DNA of 64,000 nt from an uncultured Actinomycetes bacterium (GTDB taxonomy: Bacteria; Actinomycetota; Thermoleophilia; UBA2241), in contig CAVYCN010000012.1 of assembly GCA_963767005.1 (NCBI GenBank), forward strand, positions 1-64,000. Reading direction: 5' to 3'. Both the position numbers and the translations under genes were made by a program. How positions within the stretch are numbered: position 1 is the first letter of the stretch; the number at the start of each line of letters is the position of its first letter. This document shows positions 19,013 through 27,985 of the stretch, in pieces. The notes beneath the pieces were generated by a model. The model had not been told where the DNA came from, made no database searches, and saw only the letters and a list, made by a program, of their open reading frames with translations.

Positions 19013-20011
19013 CTACCGGTGCCGGACGCCGTCCCTGGCCCCGACGGCAAGGCGCGGCTCGCGCTCGACCGCGTCGCCGAGAGCCTCGTCGATCGCCGCC
19101 AGCGTGTCGGGCGACAGCGTGAGGCCGGCGGCGACCGCGTTGTCGGCGACCTGGGCGGGCCGCGACGCGCCGACGATCGCCGACGCCACCTCGGGACGGC
19201 GCAGCACCCAGGCGAGCGCGAGGTGGGTGAGCGACAGGCCGGCCTGCTCGGCGACGGGGCGCAGGCGCTGGACGGCCGTGAGCACGGGCTCGCGCAGCAG
19301 CCGCTGCACGAAGCGCCCCATCTCGCCGCTCGCCGCAGCCCGCGAGTCGCCCGGCGGCGACTGGCCCGGCAGGTACTTGCCGCTGAGGACGCCCTGCGCG
19401 AGCGGCGAGTAGACGATCTGCCCGATCCCGTGCCGGCTGCAGAGCCCGAACACCGCGCGCTCCGGACCGCGCCATAGCATGTTGTACTGGGGTTGCGACG
19501 AGATGAACGTCTCGGCGCCGGGGACAGCGAGCGCGGCCTCGATCTGCTCGGGGGTCCACTCGCTGAAGCCGATGAAGCGCGCCTTGCCGGCCCGTACGAC
19601 CTCGCTCAGGGCCGCCATCGTCTCCTCGATCGGCGTGTCGGGGTCGGGGCGGTGACACTGGTACAGATCGACATGGTCGGTGCGCAGGCGCGCGAGCGAG
19701 GCGTCGAGCTGCGTGTGCACCTCGTGCGCCGACAGGCCGCCGGCGTGGTCGTCTGCCATCGGCCAGAAGAGCTTGGTGGCGAGCACGTACGAGTCGCGCC
19801 GGTAGCCCGACAGGATCTCTCCCCAGGCCAGCTCGGCGGCGCCCCGGCCGTAGATGTTGGCGGTGTCGAAGAAGTCGATGCCGGCGTCGAAGGCGGCCCG
19901 GGTGCAAGCCTCGGTCTGCTCGCGGCTCACGCCACCCGCGTAGGTGAGCCACGACCCGAGCGAGATCGCCGACACGCGCAGGTCGCTGGCGCCCAGTCTG
20001 CGGTGCTCCAT
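19013..20011 (-). CDS. aldo/keto reductase (Kv-beta/Tas-like)
   Basis: LGSWLT, FDTANIYG, LATK, DLYQCH, IGFSEW, SQPQYN, YSPLAQG. Confidence 0.93.
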   Translation of the reverse strand: MEHRRLGASDLRVSAISLGSWLTYAGGVSREQTEACTRAAFDAGIDFFDTANIYGRGAAELAWGEILSGYRRDSYVLATKLFWPMADDHAGGLSAHEVHTQLDASLARLRTDHVDLYQCHRPDPDTPIEETMAALSEVVRAGKARFIGFSEWTPEQIEAALAVPGAETFISSQPQYNMLWRGPERAVFGLCSRHGIGQIVYSPLAQGVLSGKYLPGQSPPGDSRAAASGEMGRFVQRLLREPVLTAVQRLRPVAEQAGLSLTHLALAWVLRRPEVASAIVGASRPAQVADNAVAAGLTLSPDTLAAIDEALGDAVEREPRLAVGARDGVRHR

Positions 20012-20030
20012 GAGGCCGTCCCTCCCGTGG

Positions 20031-20387
20031 TCAGGCGGCCGGACCGCGCGGCCGCGGATGACGCGGTTCGTAAAGGCCGATCGTGCCGCCGCCCGGCAGC
20101 TCGAGCCGCACCACCACGCCCCAGTCCTGCTCGCTTGGCCCATCGACCGGCTCGACCCCCTTGGCGCGCAGGTCGGTGAGCGTCGCCTCGAGGTCGTCGC
20201 ACATGAGGTACAGCTCGTGCGTGACGGGGCCCGCGGTCGGATGTGCCGCGACCTCGGCGGGAGGGAGGGCGAAGATGAGCCAGCCGTCGCCGGCGTCGAT
20301 ACACGGCAGCCCGAGGACGTCGCGCAGGAAGGCGCGCGCGGCCTGCGCATCGGGCACGAACAGGACTACGTGGGCGCCGTCGATCAT
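20031..20387 (-). CDS. VOC/glyoxalase family protein
   Basis: GAHVVLF..ARAFLRDVLG..AGDGWLIF..HELYLMCDDL..WG..GLYEPRH. Confidence 0.85.
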   Translation of the reverse strand: MIDGAHVVLFVPDAQAARAFLRDVLGLPCIDAGDGWLIFALPPAEVAAHPTAGPVTHELYLMCDDLEATLTDLRAKGVEPVDGPSEQDWGVVVRLELPGGGTIGLYEPRHPRPRGPAA

Positions 20388-20442
20388 GCCTGCGGCATAC
20401 CCTTCCCGCGCACCGCCGGTCGCGTCGGCGCCGGTCGGGAGC

Positions 20443-20694
20443 CTACCGCGACCCGGTGGAGCGCGACCGCAGGCCGGCCACGAGGCCGGTGGCCGTCGCC
20501 ACGGCCGCCGTCGCGAGCGCCGGCACGAAGAAGGCCGCCTTGCGGCCGAGGGCGAGCGTCGGGTTGGTCGCGCGCGAAGCATCGGTCGCCTCGCGGCGCA
20601 GCGCCGCGAACGCGTCGGTCAGCCCCTGGCGCTCGCGCGCGAGCTCGGCGCCGATCTGGTCGAGGCTGCGTACCTTGCTCTTTGCGTCGGCCAT
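20443..20694 (-). CDS. DUF3618-like hypothetical protein
   Basis: N-terminal amphipathic helix (IGAELARERQGLTDAF) and C-terminal TM; start overlaps the stop of the holin-like gene. Confidence 0.55.
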   Translation of the reverse strand: MADAKSKVRSLDQIGAELARERQGLTDAFAALRREATDASRATNPTLALGRKAAFFVPALATAAVATATGLVAGLRSRSTGSR

Positions 20695-21239
20695 CACGAG
20701 GTCTCCTGGCTCGGGGGTGTCGCGGGCGACGGCGGCGTGGCGGATGCCCCCGGCATGGTCGGCGCGCTCAGGGGCGGCATCGCGAGCGGCGGGGCCACGG
20801 ACGCCGGGGCGGCGGCGCCGCCGTTGCGCCGCGGCGTGAGATCGCTCACGGTCTGCTGCAGCTGCGACTTGAGCGTGTCGCCCGTCGCCTTGGCCTCGGC
20901 GACGGCGCGCTGCGGCGCCGGAGTCTTGGCCTGGTTCAAGTTGGCGCGACCGACGAGCGCCAGGACCAGCACGACGAGGAGCAGCACCGCCGTGACGATC
21001 AGCAGGGAAAGCCACAGCGGCAGCACGATGGAGAGCGCGACGGTGATGGTGGTGAGGGCGAAGCCCAGGGCGAAGAGCGCGAGCACACCGGCCGCGACGA
21101 ACACGCCGATGGCGGTGCCGTACTGCTGGGCCTTGCGCTTGAGCTCGTTGGTCAGAAGCTCGACGTTGAGCTCGACCAGCCGCTGACTGCGCGCCTTGAT
21201 CTCGGCGGCCGAGGCACTCAACCGTTCACGAAGACCCAT
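20694..21239 (-). CDS. holin-like membrane protein (Phage_holin_3_6/YhjD-like)
   Basis: Helix ending ELKRKA, two TMs, P.P..A motif; chromosomal stress-type family. Confidence 0.75.
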   Translation of the reverse strand: MGLRERLSASAAEIKARSQRLVELNVELLTNELKRKAQQYGTAIGVFVAAGVLALFALGFALTTITVALSIVLPLWLSLLIVTAVLLLVVLVLALVGRANLNQAKTPAPQRAVAEAKATGDTLKSQLQQTVSDLTPRRNGGAAAPASVAPPLAMPPLSAPTMPGASATPPSPATPPSQETS

Positions 21240-21480
21240 GGCTGCCCTTCCTCATCACGGCTCCTCCCCGTACGGGCCGCCGAACGGCCGGCGGCCTCCT
21301 CCCGCGTACCCCTCCTACGACTGCGACCCTACCCCGAGCGGCTGCCGCCTAATCAGCGGCCCGACCGGGTTTCCGGCGGCCGGACTTCCGGCAATCGTGT
21401 CGATGGGAACGGGACCGGTCGGCAGCGCGTGCGCGCCGTCGCCGCTGCCCGCATACGTACAGACTATCAAAGACGGAGGG

Positions 21481-22449
21481 ATGCCGATGCCTGGCAGTTT
21501 CGATCTGGCCGCCGAGGTGGCCGACGACGGGCGCTTCGTCCGCCAGGTGAGTCTCTTCCGGCGCTGGGTGACGGCCGACGGCGGCTCGGGCTTTCCGCTG
21601 CAGGCCGGCCGCTACCACCTCTACGTCAGCCTGGCCTGTCCCTGGTCGCATCGCGCCGTGGTCGTGCGCGCCGTCAAGGGGCTCGAGCACGCGGTCGGCA
21701 TCTCGTACGCCGCCCCGTTTCGTGACGAGCGCGGCTGGGCCTTCAGCGGCGAGCCGTTCGCGGAGCCCGAGGGCGGCCCCTCGGGCTCGTACGTCGACCG
21801 CATCAACGGCTTCGCCTTCCTCTCGGAGGCCTACCGCGCCACCGACCCCAACTTCGACGGCAGGGTCACCGTGCCGGTGCTCTGGGACTCGCGGACCGGC
21901 CAGATCGTGAGCAACGAGTCGGCCGACATCGTGCGCATGTTCGACGACGTCTTCGACCCACTCGCCGAGCACCACGTGGACCTCTACCCGACGGCCCTGC
22001 GCGCCGAGATCGACCGCCTGAACGAGCTCGTCTACGACAGGGTGAACAACGGCGTCTACAAGGCCGGCTTCGCGCGCGGCCAGGCGGCCTACGACCAGGC
22101 CTTCGTCGAGCTGTTCGCGGCGCTCGACGAGCTCGAGCAGCTCCTCGGCCGGCGCCGCTACCTGTGCGGCGACGAGATCACCGAGGCCGACTGGCGCCTG
22201 TTCCCGACGCTCGCGCGCTTCGACGCGGTGTACGTCGTGCACTTCAAGTGCGACCGGCGCCGCCTCGTCGACTACCCCAACCTGTGGCGCTACGCGCACG
22301 AGCTCTACCGGCGGCCGGGGATCGCGGCGACCGTGGCCATGGACCAGATCAAGCGTCACTACTACACCACCCACGACTTCCTGAACCCCGGCCGCATCAT
22401 CCCCGGCGACCCGGCGATCGACTTCAGGACGGCGCCCTCAGCGGGCTGA
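21481..22449 (+). CDS. glutathionyl-hydroquinone reductase (YqjG-like, omega/xi GST)
   Basis: RYHLYVSLACPWSHR, TVPVLWD, SNESADI, NNGVYKAGFA, TEADWRLFPTLARFDAVY, IKRHYY. Confidence 0.93.
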   Translation: MPMPGSFDLAAEVADDGRFVRQVSLFRRWVTADGGSGFPLQAGRYHLYVSLACPWSHRAVVVRAVKGLEHAVGISYAAPFRDERGWAFSGEPFAEPEGGPSGSYVDRINGFAFLSEAYRATDPNFDGRVTVPVLWDSRTGQIVSNESADIVRMFDDVFDPLAEHHVDLYPTALRAEIDRLNELVYDRVNNGVYKAGFARGQAAYDQAFVELFAALDELEQLLGRRRYLCGDEITEADWRLFPTLARFDAVYVVHFKCDRRRLVDYPNLWRYAHELYRRPGIAATVAMDQIKRHYYTTHDFLNPGRIIPGDPAIDFRTAPSAG

Positions 22450-22527
22450 CGAACGACCACCCGGCGCGCCACGACCGCCGCGGTCGCAGGACGCAGCGCC
22501 GGCTCGCGGCGGGCGCCCCCGGCTCGC

Positions 22528-23304
22528 CTACGCCGTGATCACCAGCGGGATGTGGCGTCGCAGCGCCGCGAGCGCGTCGTCGGGCAGCAGCCGGTCCGTG
22601 ATCAGGACGTCGGCGTCGTCGAGGCGTGCCACTGAGGTGAGGCCGACCCGACCCCACTTGGTGTGGTCGGCCAGGACGACGATCCGGCCGCCGGACTCGA
22701 GCATGACGCGCATGAGCTCGGACTCGAGCAGGTCGGAGCTCGTAAAGCCGACCCGGTCGTCCATGCCGGCCGTGCCGACGAAGGTGAGGTCGACGTGCAG
22801 GCGGCGGGCCGACTCGACGGCCACCGGCCCGACCAGGACGCCCGACGGCGTGCGCACGCCGCCCGTCAGGATCACCGTCTGGTCGTCGCGGCCGTCGCTG
22901 TAGAGCAGATCGGCGAGCGGCAGGGAGTTGGTGACGACCTTCAGGCCGGAGATGTCGACGAGCCGCTGCGCGAAGGCCATGGTCGTGGTGCCGCCGGACA
23001 CGCCGATCGTGGCGCCGGGCGAGACGAGCCGCGCGGCCTCGGTGGCGATCGCCTCTTTGGCCGCCCGCTCGCTCGTGACCCGACCGTCCGAGTGGGCCTC
23101 GGCGGCGGCGCCCGGCGGCGCCGGCTCGAGCGCGGTGACACCGCCGTGCACCTTGACGACGAGACCCGCGCCGGCCAGCACGGCGAGGTCGCGGCGCACC
23201 GTCATGTCGGAGACCTGCAGGGCGGCGGCGAGGTCGGCGATGCGCACCGCCCCCAGGCGATGGACCTCATCGAGGATGAGCGACTGCCGCTGCGCCGCGA
23301 GCAC
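22528..23304 (-). CDS. DeoR/GlpR family transcriptional regulator
   Basis: VSDMTVRRDL HTH, KEAIA, GGTTT, VVTNSL, LADHTKW; GTG start after GAGGAG. Confidence 0.93.
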   Translation of the reverse strand: MLAAQRQSLILDEVHRLGAVRIADLAAALQVSDMTVRRDLAVLAGAGLVVKVHGGVTALEPAPPGAAAEAHSDGRVTSERAAKEAIATEAARLVSPGATIGVSGGTTTMAFAQRLVDISGLKVVTNSLPLADLLYSDGRDDQTVILTGGVRTPSGVLVGPVAVESARRLHVDLTFVGTAGMDDRVGFTSSDLLESELMRVMLESGGRIVVLADHTKWGRVGLTSVARLDDADVLITDRLLPDDALAALRRHIPLVITA

Positions 23305-23354
23305 TCCGGCACATCTCCTCTGCTGACGACCGACCAGGGTAGCCTCGCAGACGA

Positions 23355-23432
23355 CTAAACAGAAAGCAACAATGATTCCGGTTTCTTGTCGTATTCTGTC
23401 GCGATCCTTGCGTTTCTGTCGCTTCTGTGGTT
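23355..23432. promoter_or_regulatory. AT-rich divergent promoter region with repeated TTCTGT motifs (candidate DeoR operator)
   Basis: ACAGAA (inverted copy), then TTCTTGTCG, TTCTGTCG, TTCTGTCG and TTCTGTGG between deoR and the lyase gene. Confidence 0.5.
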
Positions 23433-23507
23433 GGGTCGGAGCGTGTACGTCGCCGCCCGCGCGGGCTCGCGCAGCGCCGCCGGGCAGTCCGGAGCAAGGA
23501 GAGCCCG

Positions 23508-24971
23508 TTGGCATTCGACAAGATCAGGCAGCGCTTCAAGAACGCCGTGCTGAAGAGCGTGCTCACCCACATGCCGGACAGCACGATCGAGAAGGTCATC
23601 GGCGACCTCTACCCCTACAAGGACACGGTCACCTGGCGCCGGCTGCCCGCCACACCGCTCGAGCGGGCCGCCGTCCTCGCCGAGATCACCGCGATGGCGG
23701 GGAACGAGGACGCGCGCGGCGACAAGGGCACGGTGTCCGGCAGCCTCTACTGCGGCGACCACGACCACTACCACTTCCTGGGCGAGGTGTTCGACCAGTT
23801 CTCGCACGCCAACGTGCTCCAGCGCGACATGTACCCGAGCGCCACCAAGTTCGAGGGCGAGATCATCGCCATGGCGAGCGACCTGCTGCACGGCACGGGG
23901 GTCGGGGTCGTCACGAGCGGCGGCACCGAGAGCCTGATCACCGCCCTCTACTCCTATCGCGAGCTCGCCCGCGCCAGGCGCGGCGTCTCCAGGCCGAACG
24001 TCGTCATGCCGGTCACCGCCCACGTCGCGCTCGACAAGGGCGCTCACTGGATGGACATCGAGGTGCGCAAGACGCCGCTCACCGGGCGCTACGTCGCCGA
24101 CGTAGCGGCGATGGCCGCGCAGATCGACGACCAGACCATCGCGCTCGCCGCCAGCGCCGGCGACTACGCCCACGGTCTCATCGATCCGATCACCGAGATC
24201 GGGGCGCTCGCGCAGTCGCACGGTATCGGCCTGCACGTCGACGGCTGCCTCGGCGGCTGGCTGCTGCCCTGGGTCGAGCGCCTCGGCTACGACGTGCCGC
24301 TCTGGGACTTCAGGGTGCCCGGCGTGACCTCGATCTCGGCCGACACCCACAAGTACGGCTACGCGCTCAAGGGCTCGAGCGTGCTGCTCTACCGCGACAA
24401 GGACACCCGCCAGTACCAGTACTTCGCCTACCCCGACTGGCCCGGCGGCCTCTACCTGTCGCCGGGCTTCGCCGGCTCACGCAGCGGCGGCATCCTGGCC
24501 TCGACGTGGGCGGCGCTGCTCGTCAACGGCGAGTCGGGCTACCTGGCCGCGGCCGACGCGATCATGAAGACGGCGACCACCATCCGCGCCGGGGTCGCCG
24601 CGATCCCCGAGCTCGAGGTCATGGGCGATCCGCTCTTCCTGGTGGCGTTCAAGTCGGCCGGCGAGCTCGACATCTACCTGGTGAACGACGCCCTCATCGC
24701 CCAGGGCTGGCGCATGAACGCGGCGCAGCTCCCGCCCGCCCTGCACTTCTGCGTCACCCGGCCCAACACGGCGCCGGGCATCGCCGAGGCCTTCGTCGAG
24801 GCCCTGCACGGCGCCGTCGACTACGCCAAGAAGCACAAGGGCCAGTCGGCCAAGTCGGGCGCGGTATACGGCTTCGGTGGCAGCCCCAAAGGCAACGAGC
24901 TGGTCACGTCGGTGATGTTCAAGGTACTCGACGCGATGCACGCCGTAGCCCCGGACGGAAAGGGGTCGTGA
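23508..24971 (+). CDS. sphingosine-1-phosphate lyase-like PLP-dependent enzyme (group II decarboxylase fold)
   Basis: VSGSLY, SHANVL..YP..KFEGEII, TSGGTES, TAHVALDKG, LHVDGCLGG, DFRVPGVTSISADTHKYGY, WPGGLYLSP..AGSRSG; TTG start after AAGGAG. Confidence 0.85.
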   Translation: MAFDKIRQRFKNAVLKSVLTHMPDSTIEKVIGDLYPYKDTVTWRRLPATPLERAAVLAEITAMAGNEDARGDKGTVSGSLYCGDHDHYHFLGEVFDQFSHANVLQRDMYPSATKFEGEIIAMASDLLHGTGVGVVTSGGTESLITALYSYRELARARRGVSRPNVVMPVTAHVALDKGAHWMDIEVRKTPLTGRYVADVAAMAAQIDDQTIALAASAGDYAHGLIDPITEIGALAQSHGIGLHVDGCLGGWLLPWVERLGYDVPLWDFRVPGVTSISADTHKYGYALKGSSVLLYRDKDTRQYQYFAYPDWPGGLYLSPGFAGSRSGGILASTWAALLVNGESGYLAAADAIMKTATTIRAGVAAIPELEVMGDPLFLVAFKSAGELDIYLVNDALIAQGWRMNAAQLPPALHFCVTRPNTAPGIAEAFVEALHGAVDYAKKHKGQSAKSGAVYGFGGSPKGNELVTSVMFKVLDAMHAVAPDGKGS

Positions 24972-26587
24972 TGGGTGAGCGCTGGATCCTCGCGATCGAC
25001 CTGGGCAACGGCGGACCCAAGGTCGCCGTCGTCTCGCAGCAGGGCGAGGTCCTGCGAACGGCGCTGCGACCGGTCCACCTGCAGGTAGGCCGCGACGGCG
25101 AGGCGACTCAGGACGCCATCGAGTGGTGGAGCGGGCTGCTCGAGGCCGCCCGCGAGGCGATCGCGGCGGTCGACGCCGACCGCGACGCGCTGCACGCCAT
25201 CGCGATCACCGGCCAGTGGGGCTCGTCGGTACCGGTGGGCGCCGACACCCAGCCCGTCGGCGCCGTTGTCCTCTGGGCCGACACGCGGGCCCGCGCCCTC
25301 GTGCGCGACGTCGTCGGTGGGCCGCTCTCGGTGGGCGGCTACGCGCCCCAGAAGGTGCTGCCCTTCGTGCGCCTCACGGGCGGGGCGCCCAGCCCGAGCG
25401 GCGCCGACCCCACGGGGCACTCCCTGCTGTTCCAGACGCAGTTTCCCGAGATCTACGCAAAGACGAAGGTCATCCTCGAGCCGGTCGACTACCTCGGTCT
25501 GCGCTTCACGGGACGGGCGGCTGCCACGCCGGCCTCGATGATCGCCTCGTGGCTCACCGACAATCGCATCGGCGCGCCACTGGGCTACGTCGACGCGCTC
25601 GTCGCCCGCGCGCGCCGCGATCCCGCCCGACTGCCCGAGCTGATCCCCACGGGCTCGGTGCTGGGCACGCTGCTGCCCGCGGTCGCCGACGAGCTCGGCG
25701 TCGCGCCGGGCGCGCCGGTCGTCTGCGGCGTGCCCGACCTGCACGCCGCCGTCGTCGGCTCGGGGGCGGTTGCGCCCTACGAGAGCCACATCGCGATCTC
25801 GACGACCTCGTGGGTGGGTGCGCGCGTGCCGTTCAAGCGCACCGACATCTTCCATCAGATCGCCACGGTGCCCGGGCTCGACCCCGCCCATCCGATCGTC
25901 GCCAACAACCAGGAGACCGGCGGCGCCGCGCTGCACTGGCTGCGCGAGCAGATCGTGGGGGCGAGCGACGGCCTGCTCGGCGGCGGCAGCGGCATCGGCG
26001 CCGACGGCGCGGCCCCCGAGGTCCTGGCGCCGTCGTTCGACGACCTCATCGGGCTCGCCGGCCGGGCGCCGGCCGGCAGCGAGGGCGCGCTCTTCATGCC
26101 CTGGCTGAACGGCGAGCGCAGCCCGGTCGACGACAAGGTGGCGCGGGCGGGCTGGCTCAACCTGTCGCTGCGCACCAACCGCGCCATGCTCGTGCGCTCG
26201 GTCCTCGAGGGCGTCGCCTACAACTCACGCTGGCTGTTCGACGCCTACGAGAAGTTCCTCAAGCGGCCCGTCCCGCGCGTGCGCATCCTCGGCGGCGGCG
26301 CCCAGAGCGACCTGTGGTGCCAGATCTACGCCGACGTGCTGGGTCGGCCGGTCGAGCAGGTCACCGACCCGCGCCACGCGCAGCTCCGCGGCGTCGCCCT
26401 GTGGGCGCGCGTCTGCCTCGACGAGCTCACGCTCGACGACGTGCCGGCCTTGGCGCCGGCCGCGGCGACCTTCACGCCGTCGTCCGACGCACGGGTGTAC
26501 GCCGAGGGCTACGCCGAGTACCGTAAGCTCTACGGTACAGTGAAGGGCCTGTACCACCGGCTCAACGCCAGGGGGGTGACGTCGTGA
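24971..26587 (+). CDS. FGGY-family carbohydrate kinase (xylulokinase-like) 1
   Basis: LAIDLGNGGPK, WAD.RA, PDLHAA, PWLNGERSP, SVLEGVA, GGGAQS; ATG overlaps the lyase stop. Confidence 0.92.
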   Translation: MGERWILAIDLGNGGPKVAVVSQQGEVLRTALRPVHLQVGRDGEATQDAIEWWSGLLEAAREAIAAVDADRDALHAIAITGQWGSSVPVGADTQPVGAVVLWADTRARALVRDVVGGPLSVGGYAPQKVLPFVRLTGGAPSPSGADPTGHSLLFQTQFPEIYAKTKVILEPVDYLGLRFTGRAAATPASMIASWLTDNRIGAPLGYVDALVARARRDPARLPELIPTGSVLGTLLPAVADELGVAPGAPVVCGVPDLHAAVVGSGAVAPYESHIAISTTSWVGARVPFKRTDIFHQIATVPGLDPAHPIVANNQETGGAALHWLREQIVGASDGLLGGGSGIGADGAAPEVLAPSFDDLIGLAGRAPAGSEGALFMPWLNGERSPVDDKVARAGWLNLSLRTNRAMLVRSVLEGVAYNSRWLFDAYEKFLKRPVPRVRILGGGAQSDLWCQIYADVLGRPVEQVTDPRHAQLRGVALWARVCLDELTLDDVPALAPAAATFTPSSDARVYAEGYAEYRKLYGTVKGLYHRLNARGVTS

Positions 26588-27903
26588 GCGACCAGTACCG
26601 CGTCTACGGCTACCGCTGGGTAGTGCTCGGCGCGTTCATGTTCGCCAACCTCGCGATCCAGATGCTCTGGATCAGCTACGCCCCGATCACGAGCGAGTCG
26701 GCGAAGTACTACCACGTGAGCCAGACCTGGATCGGGATCCTCACGATGTCGTTCATGGCGGTGTTCGTCTTTCTTTCACTGCCGGCCGCCTGGCTGATCG
26801 ACACGCGCGGCTTCCGCGTGGCCGTGGGCCTCGGCGTCGTCCTCATGGCGATCGCGGGCGTGGCCCGCGGCCTGGCCGGCCCCCACTACGTCCTCGCCTT
26901 CGCGGCGACCATCGGCCTCGCCGTCGCCCAGCCGCTGCTGCTCGACTCGTGGACGACGGTGCCGGCAAAGTGGTTCGCGCCGGGCGAGCGGGCCACGGCG
27001 GTGAGTCTCGTCACCCTGGCCAGCATGATGGGCATCGCCGTCGGCATGGTCCTCTCGCCGGTCCTCGAGAAGTCGATGCCGATCGCCCGCGTCCAGCTCG
27101 TGTACGGCCTGATCGCGGCCGTCGCGGCGGTGACGTTCCTCGTGCTCGCCCGCGAGCGGCCGGCGACGGCGCCGTGCCCGCCCGGCATGGACGAGCGCGC
27201 CCTCATGCTCGACGGCCTGCGGCACGCGCTCAGGGTCAGGCCGTTCCTCATCATGCTGGTCGTCGCCTTCATCGTGATGAGCGCCTTCAACGGCGTCACG
27301 ACCTGGGTCGAGGAGATCATCAAGCCGCGCGGCTTCGGCAGCACCGAGGCCGGCATCATGGGCGCTCTCATGCTCGTCGCCGGTGTGATCGGCGCGGTCA
27401 TCCTCTCCTCGCTGTCCGACCGTCAGGGCAAGCGCGTCCGCTTCATGATCGTCGCCCTGCTGGCGACCGTGCCCGGCATGCTCGGCGTCGCCTTCGCGAG
27501 CTCGGCGCTCACGCTCTACGTCTTCGCCGCCGCACTCGGCTTCTTCCTGGTCGCCGTGCTGCCGATCGGCATGCAGTACGCCGCCGAGATCACGCGACCG
27601 ACGCCCGAGGGCACCTCGGCCGGCCTGATCCAGCTCGCCGGGCAGATCTCGGTGGTCTACGTCTACGTCATGGAGGTCCTGCGCACGTCGAACGGCTCGT
27701 TCACGGTGTCGCTGCTCCTGGCGACGGTGCTGCTCGTCGCCTGCGCCGTCACGGTCTCGCGCCTGAAGGACCCGGGCGCGGTGGCGCTGGCCGGCGCCAC
27801 CGCGCCGGCAACGTCCGGCCAGGCGCCGCCCGAGACGCTCGCCGAGTCGCGCCCCGAGCAGCTTGCCGGCGCCGTCACCAGCCCGCCGGCCGACCGGCCG
27901 TGA
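26584..27903 (+). CDS. MFS transporter, FLVCR/SLC49-like
   Basis: 12 TMs; YRVYGYRWVVL..QMLWISYAPI..YYHVS..W..P..WLIDTRGFR, AKWFAPGERATA, AAEITRPTPEGTSAG. Confidence 0.85.
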   Translation: MSDQYRVYGYRWVVLGAFMFANLAIQMLWISYAPITSESAKYYHVSQTWIGILTMSFMAVFVFLSLPAAWLIDTRGFRVAVGLGVVLMAIAGVARGLAGPHYVLAFAATIGLAVAQPLLLDSWTTVPAKWFAPGERATAVSLVTLASMMGIAVGMVLSPVLEKSMPIARVQLVYGLIAAVAAVTFLVLARERPATAPCPPGMDERALMLDGLRHALRVRPFLIMLVVAFIVMSAFNGVTTWVEEIIKPRGFGSTEAGIMGALMLVAGVIGAVILSSLSDRQGKRVRFMIVALLATVPGMLGVAFASSALTLYVFAAALGFFLVAVLPIGMQYAAEITRPTPEGTSAGLIQLAGQISVVYVYVMEVLRTSNGSFTVSLLLATVLLVACAVTVSRLKDPGAVALAGATAPATSGQAPPETLAESRPEQLAGAVTSPPADRP

Positions 27904-27985
27904 CGGTGTCGATCCGGCCGCGCAGCGACCGCGCGGTCGACTGACCGACCGGCGCCACCGCGCGCGGGCCCGAAAGGAGGACGAC

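Noticed and set aside
20443-21239. Holin as evidence of a prophage
   Set aside because: This holin-like/DUF3618-like pair is a common chromosomal module; no endolysin, integrase or structural genes are present.
23372-26587. 1071-aa ORF suggesting a giant kinase fusion
   Set aside because: The N-terminal half is an off-frame reading of the lyase gene; the kinase starts at ATG 24971.
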